From assembly GCF_009914755.1 (NCBI RefSeq), contig NC_060947.1: a stretch of 64,000 bases of DNA. One strand, 5' to 3'. The position numbers were made by a program, and so were the translations under genes. Origin of the DNA: the human T2T-CHM13v2.0 reference genome, Homo sapiens. Each line of letters starts with the position of its first letter. The stretch's first letter is position 1. Below the pieces are notes generated by a model that saw only the letters and a list, made by a program, of their open reading frames with translations, made no database searches and was not told the origin of the DNA. This document shows, in pieces, positions 28,891-43,869 of the stretch.

Positions 28891-29679
28891 CATCCATACA
28901 CTTATATAAATAATAGGATGTACTAGTGTAAGTGTTTTCTTAGTAATATTACAATGTGCTTCAGATCAAATGGGAAAGTAATCCCTTTCCTCAGGTGTTA
29001 TTAGGCAAGTGCTTCATGGAGGACGAAGTATTTCAGCTGTGTTTTCCTGAGCAAAGAACAGATTTAGCACAACCATGGAGGCACTAAGTTTCAAGGAATG
29101 GAGATTAGCAAGTGGACTCATTTGATTCCAGCATCACAATCATGTAAATTGGGGGAAGGAGAGACTCAAAAGAAAATTAGGTTAGGGCCTGAGTTGGATG
29201 GGCATTGAATGCCATAGTGAGAATTTTTTTATGTACATTTTGAAGAAAGCTATTGTCACTCTGAGCAGTGTAGTAACATGAGTGAACCTATGCTTTAGGA
29301 ATCATATAGGATGAATCCGAAAGAGAAGACAACATAGATAGGAATGACAACCTGTTAAGAGGACATTGCTATAGTTCAAACAAGAGGACTGGAAGTAGGG
29401 TATTAGGGAAGACAATGTATTACATGCATGAAAAAAATATAAATAGTCTGCATGACATGTGCACTGAAATGAGTGCAAATGAGAGTTGTTCTGATTGATG
29501 GGCATTATAAAGCAGAGAGCAGCTTAGTAAATAGAAATTGCCTTATAACAGAGTACCATTATCAGTGATCTATAAGACTCAAGTCCAAAATACTATTTTA
29601 AATTGAATCCTATTCTCTGCAACAGCATTTCCAATGTGGATTCATCCCACATACTCTTCCAAAAACAAATAATTTTTTT

Positions 29680-30185
29680 CCATATGTTTCAGTAATTACA
29701 TTTCTGGTTATATATCTAAAGGAAATAAAGTCAGTGTATTGAAGAGATATTTACACTGCCATGTTCATTACAGCACTATTCACAATAGCCAGTTATGGAC
29801 TCAACCTAAGTGCTCATCAGCAGATGATTGGATAAAGAAAATGTGGCATATATACACAATGGAATACTATTCAACCTTTTTTTAAAAAAGTGAAATCCTA
29901 TCATTTGCAGCAACATGGATGGAACTGGAGGTCATTATGTTAAGTGAAATAAGTCAGGCACAGAAAGACTAATATTGCATGATTTTACGTATATGTGGAA
30001 TATGAAAAAGTAGAACTCATAGAAGCAGAGAGTAAAATGGTGGTTACTAGGGGCTGGTATGGAGGGAGGAGGATGGGGAGATGTTGAAACAAAGTTTCAG
30101 TTACATGGGAGGAATAAGTTCTGGACATCTATTGGATAGCATAGTGATGAGGTAATAATATATATTTGAAAATTGCTAAGTGAGT
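29680..30185 (+). mobile_element. L1MA (L1MA5-8-like) 3' fragment
   Basis: GCACTATTCACAATAGCC...CAACATGGATGGAACTGGAGGTCATTATGTTAAGTGAAATAAG...GGAGGAATAAGTTCTGG...AAAATTGCTAAG. Confidence 0.85.
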
Positions 30186-30214
30186 ATATACATATACACA
30201 CTTTATATATACTT

Positions 30215-30254
<40 letters not shown>

Positions 30255-30268
30255 TTTTTATATATACA
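30185..30268. repeat. (TA)n microsatellite, interrupted
   Basis: Pure TA run ~30219-30250 with degenerate flanks. Confidence 0.95.
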
Positions 30269-32094
30269 GAGAAAAAAAACAGAAAAAGAAGAGGTTTCTC
30301 TACGTTTACCGAGAATTCCTGCAGCAAAGATACTAGTTGAATCTTGTTAGCTAATCATTTCCTAAACTTATTTAAACCTAGAACTCTTTTTAAAATGTTG
30401 AAACCTAGTAAGACCTGCAAAGATTGTGTTTTGTGAAATTCATATTAATGTTATTCTCTTCATCTGCAATGCATTCCCTCTGGTGGACTCTAGAGTGCAG
30501 TCCCTTCTCTCAAACGCAGTTGAAATAAAATGGAATCCCAATGTTTGGTGGACACCTGCCAGCAGTGACCTCTGCTGCAGCAAGTATTGATCCTGTTGTC
30601 GACAGCTGGTGTCAAATAATTTTTTTTTAAAGCAGGGATGATGGTGATGTTGCAAGGGTAGCTGTCGGTCACCAGCCCAAGAGCTCAGCTCACTGAAGTT
30701 GTCCCTTTCTCCTTAAAGTTGTTTTCATCAGTTTGTTGTTCATCTGAATAAACTTTTATGGCTTTCTCTTTGTTCTCCTGACCCTAGTAGCCTTAGTGAT
30801 GGTGGAAAAGTTGTGTCTTACTAATTTTGAAGTGTCTACGTCTAGTAATAAAACCCAAGCTATCTAGTTAACTCCATCATCCCCTTGCTCAAGATCTCCC
30901 CCAGATACCCATCACCTACAGAAACAAAGATCCAAATTATTTGTGTGGGCATCATGACTCTCCATGCTCTGACCCCAGCACACATGCACACATGTTTGCA
31001 TGAGAACACAGACACACAAATCACTGCTTATTATTTTCCAATAAGAAGGCCTGCTCTTTATTGCTTCCTATGGTTACTCTACTCTCTGTAATTGAAGGGC
31101 CCTTTCTCTTCAATGTCAAAAATCTCAATTAGCTGCAAAGGTACACATCAAGTGCTTTCTTCTCCTAGTAGCTCTCCTAGACACCTTAGACACCTCCAGT
31201 TGGAATGACTCCCGATTGCTGTCTTTTACTTTTTACTTACCTTTAATCAGTTTATTCTGGGTGCAAACTAGCTTCGTATGAGTCAATATTCCCCACTGGA
31301 TGCCAGTGTCTTAAAGGTAGAGAATGTTTTACTAACCTCAGTAACCTCTCTAATCAATCAATCCATCAACAAATATTTAAGCGCCTACTCTGAGCCACGC
31401 ACAACATCCTACACCCAGTAGGGGCTCCTATTGATGTCTGTATACTTTCAAAGCACAACCCCTAGAAGTGGAAGTGGGTTCTCTGAATCAAAACCTCAGG
31501 AAGTGATTAATGTCACCAGCATTAACATGATGAATAGGACCACAGGCTAAGTGTTGTTGAGACCACCCTAGATGTGACTTTGTCGTGAGAAGCCTTGGAT
31601 TTCCAGGGAGGCATCCGAGACAAGCCAGTGATTCTGCAGACATGCTGTCAATTCCAAGTGAACCAAAGAGAGAGGGGCCATTTGTAATTAATTTTGGAAG
31701 TTTCTGGCAAAAGTCAGCAAAGATAAGTTCCCAACGGGAAAGCCCCTGTCTTATTTCTGTACTTACTTGCATTGGTATCATTACACTACACCATCTCTGA
31801 AAAATCAGACCTCTTGGATTTGGCCCTTTTTCTCTTCATCTGTAGAATATCTGACCCCAATTCAATAATTATAACCACCCCAGTGGAACAGATGCTGTAC
31901 ACACCATATCTCAATGAACTGTCATAACAACCCTAAGACATTATTATAAATACAATATTCATTTTGATAAACTAGGAAATTGTAGTTCAGAGACCAGAAG
32001 TGCTCTGACACTTTCATCAAGGAAAAGCAAACATATTAAAGAGCCAGTCACTTTGTGTTTGAATTCTGTGGATCTTTTCACTCTCAGCTGGTTG

Positions 32095-32325
32095 TTATTA
32101 ATAATATGTGGCATATATGAATGCATGCTATATTCCAAACATTCTAATAAGTATTATTTTATTGAATCCTACAAATAATCCTTTGGGGTTTCTTGAATTT
32201 AAAGAAAAATTAGGCCCAGAGAAGGTAAACAGCTGGTCCATGCTCACAAAAGAGGTAAAGCAGGGCCAAGATACAGATTCAAGTCTGTTGGACTCCAGAC
32301 CTGCCACCCATTCACTATACTACAT
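32095..32325 (-). mobile_element. MIR SINE
   Basis: TTATTGAATCCTACAAATAATCC...AGGCCCAGAGAAGGTAAACAGCTGGTCCATGCTCACA...GACTCCAGACCTG. Confidence 0.65.
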
Positions 32326-32879
32326 AACCTCCTCTTGTAATGCAGTGGGCAGTCTAGGAGCTGCTGGCTGAAGGGATTGTATATCCTTAGTGGACTCTCA
32401 GGTCTTCTAAACAGAAATGTTCCACATTAGTGACTCAGTCTCAAACTTTACTTATGCTCCTCCAAGCCCTCCCCATTTTCCCTTTGGACAGGTTGACCCC
32501 TCTTTTAACCTCATCTTCAGGGTCAGTCTGTGCTTTCTTGCCATGGTTCAGTCCAGAGGCAGAATAATTTCTTTTAGCATCGTTAGTGTCTAGGAAAACA
32601 AATCTCTTTCTCAGGTTTCTCATCAGTTTCCTGGAACAGAATGACTGTGCTGTCCACAGACTGAATTTGTCTCATCTTCTCTGGGCACATAGCTTTGTGC
32701 TCAGCTTTCTTTAGCTGCTACTAATGGTAACAGTTCTTTAAGACAGGGCAGTCTTTCTGCCTTAGATGATTTCTAAACCTCAAGTTTTTTCTTAGCTCAT
32801 ATCCCTGTTTCCTTTATCTTTTTGGCTTTGTCTCTTTTGTCTAGTAAATATTAACAGGTTCTATTTAATATTTAGGAGG

Positions 32880-33020
32880 TGTGCATTTGGGCCCCAGATC
32901 AACCTCTGACTTGGTTTTTGACCTTGGGCAAGTTACTTCCTCTTTTAGGCCTCAGTGTCTTTATATGTAAAAGGTGAGAGTGGGAAGATGCCCAAGGCTC
33001 CTTGCACCTCTGACATTCTG
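32880..33020 (+). mobile_element. MIR/MIR3 fragment
   Basis: TGACCTTGGGCAAGTTACTTCCTCTTTTAGGCCTCAGTGTCTTTATATGTAAAA...CTCTGACATTCTG. Confidence 0.7.
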
Positions 33021-34548
33021 TGTCTCAAACTTCAATGTCAAAGGACAATACTGTATGAAGACAGTCTGAAAATGTTTCCCATCTTCATTCGACTGCCTAG
33101 AAAGGTGATTTGGCTACAGAGATGTAAACTCATCTACTGACCTTCTACTTATCTCTACCCAAGTTTACGAATATGTACCACAAAGGGAGAAAATAATTAT
33201 CTCAGTTTAAAGTATTTATGACCCAATTTTTTTGGATTGCCCAAAGTTTAAACAGTGTGCTCATTGAAAACCTCAGTCCCACCTCTGACAAAGTGAATGC
33301 AGAAACCACTTTTTCAAATCCCAAATCAACACACAAGTATGAGTGGGCAGAACACTTGAAAAGAGGATTCTTCTAAAATTTCCAGGATTCATGATCTTCC
33401 CTCAGTAAATGATAGAATTTTAGAATTTTCATGGTAGGGTATAAACTGGGCAACCAGGCCCAAGGCCAGATAAGAGCTTAATTAAATGAATGCTGCTGCA
33501 GCTGCCGCTTGTCACCTTCTGTCACCCCAAAGGAAGTATGTACCTTTGGGTTGGTCTAGTGGGAGAATTAGGAGGGAATGATAGTCTTTTCATTCCATCT
33601 ACATTTAGCATACCCACCAAAGGGCAAGTTAGCAACTTCAAACAACACCTTGACAATGACAAACAGTGAAGTTAATGCAGGCTCTAACAACTCCAGAGCA
33701 TACTCTGACTAAAACAAAGGGCTCTGGCTCAAAAGGGGGTCCTCCAAGCCAAATGAAAGAGCAGTTTCCAAATGCATAGCAAAATTCAGAGGAAGAAGGA
33801 GAGATGAAGGGTGGAAGATGAGGCTGTTTACTTAGAATTTGATTGTTCACACTAAGCCCAGCAACCCCTGTGGTCTTGAGCTTGCTTTGAAAACACGATG
33901 TTGCTAAAAAGATCAGGATTCGATGGGAACATTCACACTTGAACATTTGCCGAGCTCTTCAGGGAAGTGCTGAAATCAGTGGGAGGGTCTTCAGCACCTC
34001 TGTGATTGCAATCATGGCCAAGCTCAGGCGCTGCAGTTGTGCAGCACAAAATACTGCCCAAGACAAATCTTTCAAAACAAAGTGCAGCTAAAACATCTCT
34101 CTTTCTTTAGGGTTAAGTTAAGACTAAAACATTTCAAGCTCAAGGACTTAAACTTGTTTTGGCCAGGCATAAGGAACCCAAAGTTATTCAGGCCCATGAT
34201 ATCATATCAAGTTCATAGTTTACAGAGAAATCCAAGTGGTGGTGGAAAGGATTTAAATTTAGTTGTTTACTAAATTCTACATGAACAGTGTTTGACCAAG
34301 TTTCTTATATAGAAAGACCTGATGTTTACCCTGAAAAGGTGGTTAGAAACAAATAATAACAACAAAAAGTCTGCTTTCACATCTTAGTGTTTTTAACTTC
34401 TGAGATTGAAAAACACAGGATGGTGATAAAGTTGGAAGTCTCCCAAAAGATGATCTCATTCAAACTTCTCATTTTATGGTTAAACCAACAGAAACCACAG
34501 AAGACAAAGGACTTGCTTATGTCCCAAAGCTAGTGAGTGACAGAATTA

Positions 34549-36561
<2,013 letters not shown>

Positions 36562-37704
36562 ACAATGAGATCACATGGACACAGGAAGGGGAATATCACA
36601 CTCTGGGGACTGTGGTGGGGTCGGGGGAGGGGGGAGGGATAGCATTGGGAGATATACCTAATGCTAGATGACACATTAGTGGGTGCAGCGCACCAGCATG
36701 GCACATGTATACATATGTAACTAACCTGCACAATGTGCACATGTACCCTAAAACTTAGAGTATAATAAAAAAAAAAAAAAAAAAAAAAACCAGACCTTCT
36801 GACTTCTCATCTTGGGTTTTCTTTGTGTTGTCTGTATATAGCACATGGATGAAAACCAAGCCCTTGGCTAGCTAGTGTCCACTGCTTCCTTTTAGCATCC
36901 TCCAGTGAGGTGGGTGGAAGTGGTGTTGATTATACTTCCAGAAGAATATTGGGACTGAAGTTTCTTAACAAGGGTCTACTTTATCAGTCTCCCTCCTTTC
37001 TAGGCTTCCAGCTCCTACTGAAGGGCATCTCACACCCTTCACCCACACTGAATTTCTCCTCCTTGGCGGGATGTAGTTCAGTTCTTTCTCTTTGATCGCC
37101 TTGTCATCTAAATAGCACTGCTGCCATCACCTTTGCCCTGGTTCCCTTCTCTTCTATGCATGTGAAGGAAAAGTTAGATGTGAGTCCGTAGGACAAGTTC
37201 TAGCCATCTTGAGGTCAGCAGGTTTTCTTGCTTCTAACATGATGACAAATTTTCTGTACAAAACTTTCCCTCATTTCATTTTGTGACTTTAATACTAGGC
37301 TGTAAATTCACTAAAAATATATAAAGGTCTCATAATACTTTTCAGTAACATTTAAAATCCAGTTCCTTAAATATACAACAATCTTATTCCTTTGTCTTGA
37401 AAGCTAAAACAAAAAGAAACAAAATAGAATGACATATTATGATGTTTAAGAGTAAGTTCCAAAAACAAACTGCATCAAATATAGATCAGTAGAAAACAAA
37501 CAACTCTCAATCAAAGGAATTTCTAGGTCCATGTGGATATTATTCAACTAAAAATAGATCTTTAGAAGAAGAAAACACAATATATAGAAACCACAATGAC
37601 CTGTTTCAGTTTATATCAGTGCTTTATTTAAGGTAGTGGCCATACTGAATTGTGACTTGACATTTAATAAATCACAACTTGTAAACTGCATAGAAATAAA
37701 AATA

Positions 37705-37930
37705 ACTAATATTACTGTATTGATCACCTACTATGTGTTCCAGGTGCTCTATGCTAGATTCTTTGCAAATTCCATCCCATTTGCTTTGTTTTTTTGGTAA
37801 CTCTAAAGTGTAGGTGGTATTTCTCCCATTTCTTATAAAGGAAACTGAATTCTCACGGAAAGGTAGAATGACTTTGTTAGTATCACACAGCTAGTAAGAA
37901 CAGAGCTGGGACTTAAGTGTTTATACCTGG
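37705..37930 (-). mobile_element. MIR SINE
   Basis: TATTGATCACCTACTATGTG...CCCATTTCTTATAAAGGAAACTGA...TCACACAGCTAGTAAG...CAGAGCTGGGA. Confidence 0.75.
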
Positions 37931-39764
37931 GACAGAAACCCTTTTACAAAGGGGAATGGAAAATGATCCACAGAGTTGTGATTTCTGCTAGAATAATAAC
38001 CCTAAAAGAAGAAAAATAATTTTTTAAGTGACAACCAAATCAGTATTTTATTTTATCAGCACTTACAAAACTGATCTTAAAGGTTCAGAATTTGTGATAA
38101 AGAGCTATAATTGGGATAGAATTCCAATGCAGTGCATTTAAGCTCTGAACCTTAGAAAGCAATGCCCATAGCCAACTGGTAATTGCTTTTCAGGAGATTA
38201 TGTCCATTTTGGTGAAGCAACATGGACCCTATGCAAGTATACAAAGCACAACATACCTGCATTAGACTCAAGTGTTTATATGAGCATATTTATAGTGTTC
38301 GGTTGTTACCTTGACTTTAAAAAACAACAGCCGATAATATATAGTCTTTTCAGAAGCTCGATTACACGCAGAGTAGCAGGAAACAGTTTGAAATCAATAT
38401 TTAATGCAAGTTTATTGACTTTTTTTTAAACTGGAGAATGCTATCATAAGCACTTTTAAACCAGATGTGGTTCATATAGTGTTTATGCTCTGAGTGTTTC
38501 CAGAGAAAAGTTCAGACTGCTGCAACAAACACTTCTTTGGGGATAGTTTTGATATAGCAAAAGAATGTGTGGGAAACCAAACTCCAATATTGGCAAGGCT
38601 GTCACCAAATAAAGATGGAATCAGTTATCTTTAGGGCAGTAGTGGTTATGGATGGCTCCTAAGGACATTAACCAGGAGAAGAGAGAAGGTCAGATTGAAG
38701 AACATCAACGCTAATAGTTCCTATTCCCAGCTCCATCATTCTGGGCAGCTCCCCCTTTAGACAGAATGAAGTATATTGTAGATATAGCTAAAGCCTCAGA
38801 TCATGTATAGGACAGATGTGGTTTTTAAGCAATCTACAAGACTGGAGATGGCTGAGCTTTCCAGCACGTATCGTCTTGGCCATAGTCATGCCACTGGGGT
38901 TGGAGCAGAAATCACATGGACCCTGGGGTCAGGAGGCAGAGCATGTGGGCAAGGTCAGTACTGAGAAGCTAGTAGGCCTGCCAGGCATAGTACAGGATCT
39001 AATAAGGCAGCTCAAAGGTAAAACTCTGAACCGTCTGTGGGAAAGTTCTATTGCCTTTTCTACAACACCGTTATAGGGTAACAATGTGTATGTGTGTGCA
39101 CACATACTTCTCTTCCACTCCCATTCTCTTTCAGCTGAGGTCTACAGAGCTCCAGCAGGTTTTTCTAAGTAATTTTCAGTTTTTATGTGAGGTTGTGTCC
39201 TCTATTCTGTCTCCCTTTTGAATGGAACTTCCAATTCCTTGTTAACCAGATTTTCTGGATTTTCCCTGACTATGCCAATTTCAAAGATTCAGTTTCATTG
39301 TCAGTCCATGTGAGGCCACCTGATTGTCAGCAGGTAGACCAAATCTGCTAATATCTGAGTTTCTTATTTAGAAGGACTATGCAAAGCTGAAGCTACTCCA
39401 AGATGGGAAGAACTGCTTCAGTGGGAAGTGAGCTGCCCATCACCAGAGGCATTGAAGCAGAGGCAAGAGGTGATTTCTATATTTGATGTAAAATTCAACT
39501 TACAGAATGTGAAAATCACTTTCAGTGTTTTTTTTCAGGATTTTGCCCTTTGGGGGACATGCATAAGGAAGTGGTTGCTTGACAGAGCATTGAGAAAGCA
39601 GGGGATGGTGAGAAAGTAAAAAAGAATGGCAGAAATGTAAAATGAACCCCCAGTGTAGCTGCAGCGTTTGAGCAACTACGTTTAAGGGAAGGAGTCATAG
39701 GTGCTGCCTTCATCTCTGTTAAGGACTTTGCTTGCTTAAAAAGCTGGATCTGTGGAATAGGATA

Positions 39765-40020
39765 GCAATAAACATTTGTTGAGTAGTTTGTATGTACCCA
39801 TGCACATTGTTAGGCACTTCAAATACACACAAAAATGCTAAGAAACAGAGTCAACTCCATGTTGTGGATGAGAAAATTAAAACTCACTTTTAATTTTGGA
39901 GTTCTGGAGTTGTTGGGCATGGAGTTGACATACCCAACATTTCCCTGTAAAGAGCAGAGTTGGAAATGCAATCCAAGCCTGTCTGACTCCATATCTGTGC
40001 TCTCTGCTCAGCACTGTACT
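39765..40020 (-). mobile_element. MIR SINE carrying a complex insertion at ~39885-39935
   Basis: AACATTTGTTGAGTAG...GGATGAGAAAATTAAAACTCA...GCAGAGTTGGAAATGCAATCCAAGCCTGTCTGACTCCA. Confidence 0.65.
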
Positions 40021-40439
40021 TCCTCTTCATCCTTACTTACTGGCTCCCTTTAGGAATTACTTGCTGAGCAAAGTCAGGAAAGGAAGAAAAGGTCAGGAAT
40101 CTCTTAGTCACTTTCTTGGCAAGCCCTCTGATTTCTTTAACCTCCAAGCTGAGCTTGGACCAAGTGACAGGTTTCTCAGGGTGCCCTCAGTGTCTCCCTC
40201 AGTTACAGATGAAAAGAGCAGGGTGGAGAAGAATCTTCAAAAGGGTCCCTGTAATGAGAACTCAACAGAGCCACACTCATGGCTATTATCCCTTTGACTA
40301 GTCCTCCGTTTTTCCTTGTTGCCACAAAGGATAGCCTCCTAGGAGTTGCTGGAATAAAGTAGCATGTTGTGTACCCACAGCTGGCTTTGCCTGGTGCATG
40401 GTTTTGAATTAGTCTGAGACTGCTAGGCTCTGGAGTATT

Positions 40440-40760
40440 TTACTCTAGATATTGTGCCAGGAAACGTGCTATGTACAGCATAGCGAGCCACACAGGCATA
40501 ATTGCTGCCCTTTGGGTACTTACGATCTAGTGGAAAAGGTGGATATTAACTAAGGGATTATAATAAATAACTACACAATTTCCAAGAGGCAAAGAACTGA
40601 AAAGAGGGCAATCGCATGCAAGAGAATCTGAACTAGGCTGAGTATCTTTGAGGAAGTGGTAATTCAGCTGAGACACTAAGAAGGTGTCAGCCAAACAAGA
40701 CACTGGGGAGAAGAGGTCTCTAGGCCAAGAGAGTAGCATGTGTAAGTGACCAGGGAGGGA
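40440..40760 (-). mobile_element. L2 relic
   Basis: TGTGCCAGGAAACGTGCTA...CTTACGATCTAGTGG...GAGGAAGTGGTAATTCAGCTGAGAC. Confidence 0.55.
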
Positions 40761-40859
40761 TAATTTTTAAAAATCGTACATCTTTTATTTTTTAAATAGA
40801 AATCTTAAACTGCACTATATGAAATAGACAAATCAGGAATGATCCAGTTGAAGCTAAAG

Positions 40860-43690
40860 TGTTGTTTCCACCTTTTGGCTATTGTGAAAAATTCTGCTAT
40901 AAACAATGTTGTACGAGTATCTGTTTGAAGGCCTGTTTTCAATTATACTATACATTTTTAAGTTATTTTCTTAAGAGTTATCTTGGTACTATAATTAACA
41001 TGTTAATTTATAACAATCTTGTTTGGATTACCACCCCCTTAATTTTAGTACCATATAAAATTTTTTTTATATAGCTCTATTCTCTCCCCATTCTTTCTGC
41101 TGTTATTGTTATATAGATTACGGCTTTACACATTGTGTGCCACGACTTTTAAAATTTTTCATTTTTTATTATGAGTATATAATAGTTGTATAAATCTATG
41201 GGTTACATATTATGTTTTATACAAGCACACAATTGGTAATAATCAAAACAGGGTAATTGGGGTACCCATCATTTTAAGAATTTATCATTTCTTTATGTTA
41301 GGAACATGCCAATTTCACACTTTTAGTTATTTAAAAATATATAATAAATTATTTTAAACCATAGTCACCCTATTATGTTACAAAATACTAGATCTTATTT
41401 ATTCTATCTAATTACCCAACTAAAGTACTGGGGAAAAAAAGCCTGCTATTCAAAAATACCCAATAGTGTGCATTTTTGTACCCATTAACCAACCCCATTT
41501 TATCTCCCCTTCTTCAATACCTTTCCCTGCTTCTGGTAACCATTATTCCACTCTTTATCTCCTTGAGATCAATTTTGTCTTTTAGATCACACGAATAAAT
41601 GAGAACACGCAATGTGTGTCTTCCTGTGCTTGGTTTATTTCACTTAACATAATGTCCTTCATTTCCATCCATGTTGTTGCAAATGAGAGGATCTCATTCT
41701 TTTTTTTATGGCTGAACAATACTCCCTTGTGCACATGCACCACATTTTCTTTACCCATGCATCTGTTGATGGGTGATGGACACTTAGGTTGATTCCATAT
41801 GTCAGCTACTGTGAATAATGCAGCAAAAAACATGGGAGTGCAGATAGCTCTTTGATACACTGATTTCCTTTCTTTTGGATATATACCCAGCTGTGGGATT
41901 GCTGAATCATAAGGTGGTTATATTTTTAGTTTTTTGAGAAACTTTAACTTTGTTCTCCATAGTGATGGTACAAATTTACATTCTCACCAACAGTTATGAG
42001 GGTTCCCCTTTTGCCATATCCTTGCCAGAATTCATTATTGCCTGTTTTATGGATAAAAGCCATTTTAACTAGGATGAGATGGTATCTCATTGTAGTAGAA
42101 AAAATTTTCATTATTGGCCTATGCAATTGTTGTCTCAATGATATAGGAGAAATAGTTACAAATAAAATATATATGTGTACTATCTTTTATATTAATTGCA
42201 TAGTTACCTTAACTGGTGCTCTTTAAATTTTCATGTAGATTCAAGTTACTGTGTAGGGCTCTTTCATTTTAACCAGAAGACTCTCTTTAGTAATTCTAGT
42301 AGGGCAGGTCTGCTAGAAGTGAATTCTCTATTTTTGTTTATCTGGGAATTTCTCAATTTATCCTTCATTTTTGAAGGACAGTTTTACCCTATATAGAATT
42401 TTTGGATAGCAGGCTTTTTTCCCAGTCCTTCAAATACGTCACCCCACTGTCTTCTGGTCTCCATGGTTTATGTTGGACAATCAACTTGTATGTGGTGACT
42501 CACTTCTCTCTTGCTGTTTCCAAGGTTTTCACTTTGTCTTTGAGAATGGACAGTTTGATTATGATGTGTCTAGGTACAGATCTCTTTGAGTTGATCTCGC
42601 TTGGAGTTTTTTGAGGTTCTTGGATGTATAGATTATTATTTTTTATGAAATATGGAAAGTTTTTGACCATTATCTTTTCACTTTTTTATTTTGCTTCTCT
42701 CCCCCTCTCCTTTCCTTCTGGAACTTCCAGTATGGACACACTGGTACAGTTTGTACAAGTCTTTAAGGAACCGTTTCTTTTTCTTAATTCTTTTTCTGTT
42801 CCTTAGACTAGATAATCTCAATTGGCTTATCTTCAGTGTCACTCATTCTTTCTTTTGTCTGTTCCAATCTGCTGTTGAGCTCCTTTGGTGAATTTTTTAT
42901 TTCAGTCTTTATATGTTCTACTCAAGAATTTCTATTCAGTTCTTTCTAAAATAATTTCTATGTCTTATTAATATTCTGAATTTGGTGAAGCATCATTTTC
43001 ATATTTTTCTAAAAATGTGATTTTCTTCAGTTTTTGAAATATATTAAAACAACTTATTTAAATTTTTCATCAAGTAAATTCAACATCTGGGCTTTCTAAG
43101 GGTCGGTTTCTATTGTTTGCTTTTTTTTTTCTGTGTATGAGGTGTACCTCCTTATTTATTTGAATGTCTCCTAATTTTTTGTTGAAAACTGTACATTTTA
43201 AGTAATAAATTAGGGAACTTTGAATATTCCGTTTTACTCATTCCAGGGATTTGCTGCTGTTTAGTGACATTCATGGTCTATTTCCTTGAAGTCTGTATTT
43301 TTTGTCATGTTTAACTTAATCCACGTTTAATCTAGTAGTCGTCTAATGCTTCTACAGAGATTTCTTTAACTGCTTGGAGCCAATATTCTCCCCTTCTTTG
43401 CTGAGAGTCTCTGTGTATGTACTGGAGCATGTTTTGAACACTCATTCAGAGGGTTTACAAATCTGCCTTATTCTTCCCATTCTGACTGTATAGAATCTCA
43501 AGGTTTGCCTGGCATGAGAACCTACAGCCATCCATCTAAGATAATTCCTGAGAATACATACAGCCCTAGACATGTGCATAGCCTTTTAGATTTTAAAGTT
43601 TTCTGGAGTTTTTCAAAGTCCCCTATGGACACCTCACTCATTAGCTTTTCCTTTGTTATCTACTCATCCACTTTTGCTTTTTTCCCACTT
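40860..43690 (-). mobile_element. Ancient minus-strand L1 (L1M4/L1MC-type ORF1 and spacer region) hosting an L1MA insertion
   Basis: T-rich antisense ORF1 pattern (TCCTTCATTTTTGAAGGACAGTTTT, GACAGTTTGATTATGATGTGTCTAGG). Confidence 0.7.
41146..42095 (-). mobile_element. L1MA (L1MA2-4-like) 3' end
   Basis: Minus-strand peptides CTPMFFAALFTVADIWNQPKCP and TTMRYHLILVKMAFI; antisense 3'UTR CTAGATCTTATTTATTCTATCTAA. Confidence 0.85.
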
Positions 43691-43869
43691 ATGTCTGTGG
43701 CACCAGGTCTTTTCCTTCTGAGTTATTTTTATACTTTTCATATTCTACTGCACTGTAACATGACAAGTAGTGGTCTAGTAATTCACCTTTGCATCCTCCA
43801 GAAGACTAGCACAGCACATGGCCCAGAATAGGCTCCAGAAAGTGTTATTTTACTTGAATTTAATGGATT

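Noticed and set aside
36605-36640. G-quadruplex-forming tract
   Set aside because: Standard feature of the L1HS 3'UTR, not locus-specific
38250-38320. Possible small minus-strand exon (acceptor TTTTTTAAAG, donor CAG|GTATGT)
   Set aside because: One short open frame with no recognisable protein similarity; such site pairs are common by chance
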